Below are positions 58,201-64,000 of a DNA stretch of 64,000 nt, piece by piece. Position numbers and translations under genes: made by a program. The stretch lies in the NCBI RefSeq assembly GCF_009914755.1, contig NC_060945.1, one strand, 5' to 3'. Under the pieces are notes generated by a model. That model worked only from the letters and a program-made list of their open reading frames with translations, did no database searches and had not been told where the DNA came from. Numbering within the stretch: the first letter of the stretch is position 1; every line of letters begins with the position of its first letter. This DNA comes from the human T2T-CHM13v2.0 reference genome, Homo sapiens.

Positions 58201-59034
58201 TGGAGTTCAATGGAATGGAATGGACTCGAATGGAATGGATCGGAATGGACTCGAATGGAATGGAATTGAAAGGACTCGAATGGAATGGAATGGAACTCAA
58301 TGGACTCGAATGGAATGGAGTTCAATGGAATGGAATGGACTCGAATGGAATGGATCGGAATGGACTCGAATGGAATGGAATGGACAGGTTTCGAATTGAA
58401 TGGAATGGAAGGGAATGGTCTCGAATGGAATCGAATGGAATGGACTCAAATGGAATGGAATGGAATGCAATGGATTCAAATGGAATGGAATGGATACAAA
58501 TTGAATGGAATGGACTCGAGTGGAATGGAATGGACTCGAATGGAATGGAATGGAATGCATTGGATTCAAATGGAATGGAATGGATACAAATTGAATGGAA
58601 TGGACTCGAGTGGAATGGAATGGACTCGAATGGAATGCAATGGAATGGACTTGAATGGCATAGAATGGAATGGAATCGAATGGAATGGGTTGGACTCGAA
58701 TGGACTCGAGTGGAATGGAATCGAATTTAATGAACTCGAATGGAATGGAATGTAATTGAATGGAATGGACTCAAATGGTATGCAATGAATTCGAATGGAA
58801 TGGAATGATATGCAAAAGACTCGAATGGAATGGTTTGGAATGGACTCGAGTGGAATGGAATGGAATAGAATGAAATGGAATGGAATGGAATGGAATGGAA
58901 TGGAATGGAATGGAATGGACTGGAATGGAATGGAATGCAATGCAATGGAGTGGACTGGAATGAAATCAGATGAAATGGAATCGAATGGAATGGAATGGAA
59001 TAGAATGTACTCGAATGGAATGGACGGACTCAAA
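28231..59034 (+). repeat. HSat3 (GGAAT)n satellite, GGACTCGAAT-rich sub-domain (right of L1)
   Basis: Same pentamer composition and orientation as left of the L1. The array ends at ...tggacggactcaaa (~59034). Confidence 0.95.
51449..51517 (+). repeat. (AATGT)n variant pentamer run inside HSat3
   Basis: Eight perfect AATGT units, then AAAGT AATGT AACGT AATGT AAGGT AATG. Confidence 0.9.
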
Positions 59035-59400
59035 CGCAAATATCACTGAGGCTTTCCTTGGAGTAGCTCCTGTAATTAGAATCATTGGTACTCTGCCCTC
59101 CTGTCAGTGGTGGAACGTTCTATCGGCATATGTGGAAGCCTGTTAGAAGGACGAGTTTCTTTGAACACAATAAAATTTTAAGTTAGGAATAACTTATTTG
59201 AAAGCAATTCATTGAAAGTTATTGCTAAGAATTTAGAAGCAAAGTCTTCTGGCAGTCATTTCTTCGAGACGTACGGCAGTGTGGGAGGGATATATAAAGT
59301 GGAATAGGAACTTGGGCTAGTTAAATGGAATAGCCTCCAATGTTAATCTGTTTACCTCTTAACTGAATGAAAAATCCTATAGTTGTAAGAAAAGAAAATA
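59035..59400 (+). pseudogene. SLC20A1P: SLC20A1 (PiT1) processed pseudogene, distal 3' UTR remnant with decayed poly(A)
   Basis: Blocks ttggtactctgccctcctgtcagt, ttctttgaacaca, ttattgctaagaa, ggcagtgtggga and tacctcttaactgaat occur in the order I recall for the end of the SLC20A1 mRNA. AATGAA at 59366-59371 sits where AATAAA is expected, followed by A-rich agaaaagaaaata. Recognised from memory; needs BLAST. Copy number suffix unknown. Confidence 0.72.
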
Positions 59401-59830
59401 TATACAATCCTCACACATTACCTTCTCATCAGCATAATTAATCTACATTGAAGATGAGTGTGGCAAAGCAGAGACTCTATATACAGAGAAAAACATAGGG
59501 AAATGCAAAGACACTGGGAGAAAAAAAGTGAAGGACAGTAGAGCAACTGGAAGCTTCTGACACCAACAGCTTGATGAACGGGTTCACTCAACCCTTGATG
59601 GACACAGAGTCACTTCTCTTAGGGAAACTCCAGTATTCTCAGGTGAAAATATGCAAACATGATGAATGTACACTTGCTACGTCTCCAATTGTGTACTGTT
59701 TTCCTTACTTCTGTTTGGAGAAGGAAGTCATATACTCAGGTCTAGTATCCATGTAGGGGGTGCTCCCCATTTGCAAGATACTAGAAAAAATGGCAAGTTA
59801 GAGGCCCACTGTTGTACAAATCAACTAGTT

Positions 59831-59833
<3 letters not shown>

Positions 59834-59881
<48 letters not shown>
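59834..59881 (+). repeat. (TG)24 microsatellite
   Basis: Perfect 48-bp TG dinucleotide run. Confidence 0.98.
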
Positions 59882-59886
<5 letters not shown>

Positions 59887-60049
59887 GAAAAAGAAGACAT
59901 GGAGTGGGCATTGATCCACAAGTATATATGCCTACAGGTATTCTTAGATGTAATATTCAATTGCAGAAGACCAAACAAGATAGAGCATCCCCCAAAACCC
60001 TTCAAAATTTTTGTGCTCACTATGTGTCCACTAATTAAATGCATCCTGA

Positions 60050-60330
60050 GCTCCAGGGAAGGGCTCCCTGATGGTTTCTTAGAGTTCACTGGATCTTCTA
60101 AGGTCAATGTTTTCAAAAGATTGTGTCAGTAACATATGGTGTCACTGAAGGAGCATTTTAAACTAGGGCATGACCTCTTCCTATAGCCCTAGAAACACTG
60201 AGAGATAAATCCTCTGTGAGCCCAGATGGAAACCTCCATGCAGAGCAGAGGCAGTGCTGCAGGGGGCGCCCAGGACCCACCCAGAACAGGCTCCAGCCCC
60301 AGAGCTGGTGCACATGAGGCTGCAGCGGGG
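60050..60330 (+). pseudogene. Highly decayed IGHV pseudogene relic (3' end of V exon, degenerate 23-RSS, post-RSS GC element)
   Basis: ggc atg acc tct tcc tat agc cct aga aa aligns codon for codon with D-T-A-x-Y-Y-C-A-R plus 2 nt. It is followed by CACTGAG (60196-60202), a 23-nt spacer ending tgtgagcccag, and ATGGAAACC (60226-60234). Next is gcagggggcgcccaggaccca, typical of IGHV3/4 downstream flanks. gctccagggaagggct at 60050 resembles the FR2 APGKG codons. Confidence 0.6.
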
Positions 60331-60822
60331 ATTTCTCTGAGAACTGAGTGTTGTTTTATTGAAAACCAAAAAATTATAACATGTTAAAATTAGAATTTTG
60401 CAAAGACTATTTCTATTATCTCTATACATTTAGAAATAAATAAATCAACAATTCAGTGAGAACCACATTTAAAAGGCAAAATTGTTAGCGGTTTGAGGTA
60501 TTTTCCTAGTAAAAAATGAAGAACAGGGATGGTTTTATTAAATCAAAAGGTACACATTTCAGAAGACACATAGATCCCAAGAGTAAGACTGCAGACAGCA
60601 AAACCCCGAAAGGGTGGAGGCTGTCCATGTGCCATGTCCTGTGTGAGTCACCTTCTTAGTGGAGAAGTTCTCCCTTCACAAAGTTCTGGGCATATAAAGG
60701 GAAACACGACTTTAAATAAGAATGAGGACTTGTACCTCAGCATCCCACAGTTGTGTGGTTCATGTGAGATCTATTTTCTCTTTCTCATGCTGGATCAAGT
60801 GTAAGGCTATGAAGTAGTAGTT

Positions 60823-60839
60823 CTCGTGAATATGCAAAT
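60823..60839 (+). promoter_or_regulatory. IGHV promoter: octamer ATGCAAAT (60832-60839) with variant heptamer CTCGTGA
   Basis: Canonical VH arrangement CTCATGA-AT-ATGCAAAT about 100 bp upstream of the ATG. The heptamer has an A>G change. The TATA-like region at ~60850-60865 is degenerate. Confidence 0.88.
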
Positions 60840-60939
60840 CACCTGAGATGAACACTACAGATATGTCTGTGCCCTGAGAGCATTACCCAATAACCAGCCA
60901 TGTCCTCTAGAGAAGCTCCTGAGAGCACAGCTCCTCACC

Positions 60940-61375
60940 ATGGACTGGAATTGGAGGATCCTGTTTTTGGTGGTCATAGCTGCGGGTAGGATAATTCTCA
61001 GTCCCCAGGACTAAGGTGACTGGGTCCAGTAAAAGAGGGTTTTATCCACTCCTGTGTCCTCTCCACAGGTGCCCAGTCCCAGGTACAGCTGGTGCAGTCT
61101 GGGGCTGAGGTGAAGAAGCCTGGGGCCTCAGTGAAGGTCTCCTGCAAGGCTTCTGGATACACCTTCACCAACTACTGTATGCACTGGGTGCGCCAGGTCC
61201 ATGCACAAGGGCTTGAGTGGATGGGATTGGTGTGCCCTAGTGATGGCAGCACAAGCTATGCACAAAAGTTCCAGGCCAGAGTCACCATAACCAGGGACAC
61301 ATCCATGAGCACAGCCTACATGGAGCTAAGCAGTCTGAGATCTGAGGACACGGCCATGTATTACTGTGTGAGAGA
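60940..61375 (+). CDS. IGHV1OR21-1: Immunoglobulin heavy variable subgroup 1 orphon (germline V segment, open frame); IGHV1/OR21-1 / IGHV1/OR15-5 type; exons 60940-60985 and 61069-61375
   Basis: Leader [16 protein letters not shown], an 83-bp GT..AG intron (60986-61068), L-part2 GAQS, then the V region at 61080-61375: [99 protein letters not shown]22, W36 and C92 are intact. [15 protein letters not shown] is the signature of the OR21-1/OR15-5/OR15-9 orphon group. The TNY..RQV variant matches my recollection of IGHV1/OR15-5*02, while the HSat3-adjacent context matches OR21-1, so the exact symbol is uncertain. Confidence 0.88.
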
Positions 61376-61414
61376 CACAATGTGAAAACCCACATCTTGA
61401 GAGTGTCAGAAACT
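61376..61414 (+). other. V(D)J recombination signal sequence (23-RSS)
   Basis: Heptamer CACAATG (61376-61382), 23-nt spacer tgaaaacccacatcttgagagtg, nonamer TCAGAAACT (61406-61414; IGHV1 norm TCAGAAACC). Confidence 0.93.
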
Positions 61415-61601
61415 GCAGGGAGGAGGCAGCTGTGTTCCTGCAGAGGAGATGACAGGGAAGATGAGGTTTAAAGTTGTTTAGAAAATGGGTCAAGTAACTG
61501 AGGACAAGGATCAATAGAAACAAGGACACACTCTAATTTTATGATAAATATTTTATTCAAGAGTCACCGTATACAGAAAATTCAAAGATTAGTAAAGGCC
61601 C

Positions 61602-61960
61602 TGTATTAGTCCATTATCATGCTGCTAATAAAGACGTACCTGAGATGGAATAATTTATAAAGAAAAGTGGTTTAATGGAATCATAATTCCACATGGCTGG
61701 GGTGGTCTCATAATCATGGAAGAAGATGAAGAAAGAGTAAACTGATGTCTTACATGGCAGCAGGCAAGAGAGACCTTGTGCCAGGGGAACTCCTGTTTAT
61801 AAAACTGTCAGATCTCATGAGACATATTCACTACCACGAGAACAGTATGGGGGAAACCGCCCCCATGATTCAATTACATCCACCTGACCCCACCCTTAAC
61901 ACATTGGAATTATTAAAACTCAAGATGAGATTTGGGTGGGGATACAGTCAAACCATATCA
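61602..61960 (-). mobile_element. THE1 (ERVL-MaLR) solo LTR, probably THE1C
   Basis: 359 bp from tgtattagtccatt... to ...aaaccatatca. Internal hallmarks are tcttacatggcagcaggcaagagag, cagatctcatgaga, cccccatgattcaatta and gagatttgggtgggg. Confidence 0.9.
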
Positions 61961-62120
61961 ATAAAATCATATCAATGAGTATATTATTGTGAACAAGTTT
62001 TCAAATTAGATGGATGAATAATTTGAGCAAGATTATTTGATCACATGGTAAGACTAAGTATGATTCTGAAAAATGTCCAAAATGTCTTCCAAGAATGTCT
62101 CTGCTACTGTTGTTGCATAA

Positions 62121-62279
62121 ATTTTATTTTAGAGTGGTTTTAGGATAACAGTGAACTTGAACAGAAAGTACCAGAGCTCCCATGAATCCCCGTCCAACAC
62201 AGGCACAGCCTTCTCCACTATCTGCATCCTGCACCAGAGTCATATCAGCAAGTTACAAATGATGAACCTACATGGACAC
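62121..62279 (-). mobile_element. Old LINE-1 (L1MC-type) 3'-end fragment
   Basis: ttttagagtggttttagg...gaaagtaccagagctcccat...gcacagcc...ccactatc...gcaccagagt...gatgaacctacatggacac matches the recalled reverse complement of the L1MC1/2 3' end. Confidence 0.7.
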
Positions 62280-64000
62280 TTTGGTTCTTTCTTTTCCTGG
62301 TGATCCCGTGGTGTAACAAACATAAATTATCTTGGAGCACCAGAGGTATTTTCAGAGGGTTTCTAGGAATGATATTAGAGGGAAAGTGGGTAAGGTTATT
62401 CCTATCCATGCCTCTAAAAGTCCAGCAAGTTCTAGTGAATTCTACAATGAATGTTCTTTAATGAGAAATGGAGACCTTGGCCATGAGAGATGTCATGTAT
62501 GAGGCCCTGTAGATGGATTACCTACACTGTAGGCTCGTGGGGTGTGTTTATGGATGAATCCCTTTTTGCAGCAAATGCAAGCACATGCGTGGGATCCAGG
62601 CAGGGACAAAAGCTCCCCCTTAGGAAGAAGGTGGGCACCTGGAAGGCCCCTCACTGAGGTGGACACTGGTGTCCTGTGCTGGCTGCACGTTGTCAAGAGG
62701 CATGAGCCTGATTGGGCTTGTAGAGGGAGAGCCTCATTGGGGTCACAGGTTATAACAATGTCTGCCATTCTCCAGCTGAACAAGCCCATCTGCTTGCTTG
62801 CCAGTGTCAATGCCATATTGGGGTGCACTCTGGAAGATGACAAGATGCACACAAACCTCCTCCCACTAATTATCCACTACTAAACATTCAAAAACCACCT
62901 GACTTCCAGAAATGGATATGCGCCTGCAGGGATAAACAGAACTTAAGTATTTTCTTATCTGGGAAAGACACTGCCAAATACTACACATTTCAGGAAAATT
63001 AGTTTGGAATGTTTAAAAACTGACTGAAGGGCAATAGTAGGTGAGGTGATGGCACAGCCTCAGGGCTGCACATGAGGAGGGCTCCCTCCCCCATGCAGGC
63101 TTTTCCTCCAGGAACTGCACCAGGAACTGAGGAAGGATTAGGGAGAATCATGGAAACATCCTTCTGCGGTGCTTGCTAGGGAGAGGAAATAAATTATGAG
63201 TAAAATATTCCCTCTGAATAAAGTATGGGCATTTGTTCATACAAATCTGTATTTCTCAAAGCTTGTGGAGGTCCTGACATAGCCACCATTAGCTGAGAAC
63301 AAACATTTCACCTCTCCTTGCATGGGGAGGTCAAGCAGCCTGGAGGTGTCCCTTTGTGGATGATATTTCCCAGCCCCTTTGTCTTCCCTGCTCATCCCTG
63401 GGCCTCTGTGTGACGAGTTCTCATCAGTGGAATGTAGTTGATGTAGTGTGGTCTTCAGTTTTCTCATCTTCTTTGTTCTCATGTTCCTCTCATGGTGTGA
63501 GGTTAAGAAACTCATCTGCAACATAGCACATGACAGCGTAATCTCTCTTGTGGACAAAAAATTGGCAAAGGAGACCACCAAGTTGACCATCCCGTATAGC
63601 TGACAGTGACAACCACGGGTCAACGTCCCCTCCACAATCCTGTGTCGGAACATCATCTGAATAACTTTATTAGCAACTTTTCTCGAGAATTATCTTAAAA
63701 ACTACTTGTCTCATTTTCCATGCAGTTATAACCTATTTTTCCTAGAGGACAGAGAGAGCTGAATACTGAATATATTGCATGTCTCCTGCTGTTGAAAGTT
63801 TGTGACTTTCTCACTTTCTAATTTCTTATCTGCGCAGACCACTCTACAGATTTTTCACTGTTGTGACCAGCATTCTGAATATCAAGTGTATTTGACGTTC
63901 TTCATATATCGTTCAGCACCAGCTTCTCATCATTTCAGTCCTCACTGACCACTCTAACTTACACAATGTGTTTCTTTATTTGTTTAATTCTGGCATCGCT

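Noticed and set aside
1-59034. HSat2 (HSATII) assignment
   Set aside because: The regular ~23-26-bp CATTCGATTC/CGATGAT-type unit (ATCATCGAAT on this strand) is absent. The composition fits HSat3.
10621-59034. Frequent TCGA/TCAA/TTGA alternation as a coded signal
   Set aside because: Explained by ordinary methyl-CpG deamination of GGACTCGAAT on either strand.
1-59049. Hundreds of ORFs (MEWNG... on +, HSIPF... on -; up to 502 aa)
   Set aside because: Pure (GGAAT)n and (ATTCC)n contain no stop codons in any frame, so long overlapping low-complexity ORFs are automatic. There is no domain or codon evidence for coding.
59666-60132. Cys/Val-rich and His/Thr-rich ORFs
   Set aside because: They are translations of the (TG)24 microsatellite.
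61745-61978. 77-aa ORF
   Set aside because: It lies within the THE1 LTR.
62493-63656. ORFs of 113-139 aa in the distal unique sequence
   Set aside because: No recognisable homology, splice structure, octamer or RSS. Probably IGHV intergenic flank; I could not identify it further.

Overview
This is primate, almost certainly human, pericentromeric or acrocentric-short-arm DNA. Bases 1-~59,034 are a single-orientation human satellite 3 (HSat3, (GGAAT)n) array. It has two sub-domains: a GGAGT-rich block (1-~10.6 kb) built from an ordered ~0.5-kb module, and a GGACTCGAAT-rich block (~10.6-59 kb) with ~3.5-kb, ~1.4-kb and many short tandem duplications. A 5'-truncated L1PA2-type LINE-1 (~640 bp, minus strand) interrupts the array at 27.6-28.2 kb. 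The array ends abruptly inside the 3' UTR remnant of an SLC20A1 processed pseudogene. After it comes a piece of displaced immunoglobulin heavy-chain V-locus DNA: a (TG)24 microsatellite, a decayed V-gene relic, an open-frame IGHV1 orphon (IGHV1/OR21-1 / OR15-5 type, with octamer promoter, leader, intron and 23-RSS), a THE1 LTR and an L1MC fragment. The hundreds of MEWNG/HSIPF ORFs are satellite artefacts. I found no convincing new multi-gene system. The best leads are the module order within the satellite, the orphon's extra CDR1/CDR2 cysteine pair, the cryptic V relic and the satellite/segmental-duplication breakpoint. Named matches come from memory of consensus sequences, not from a database search.
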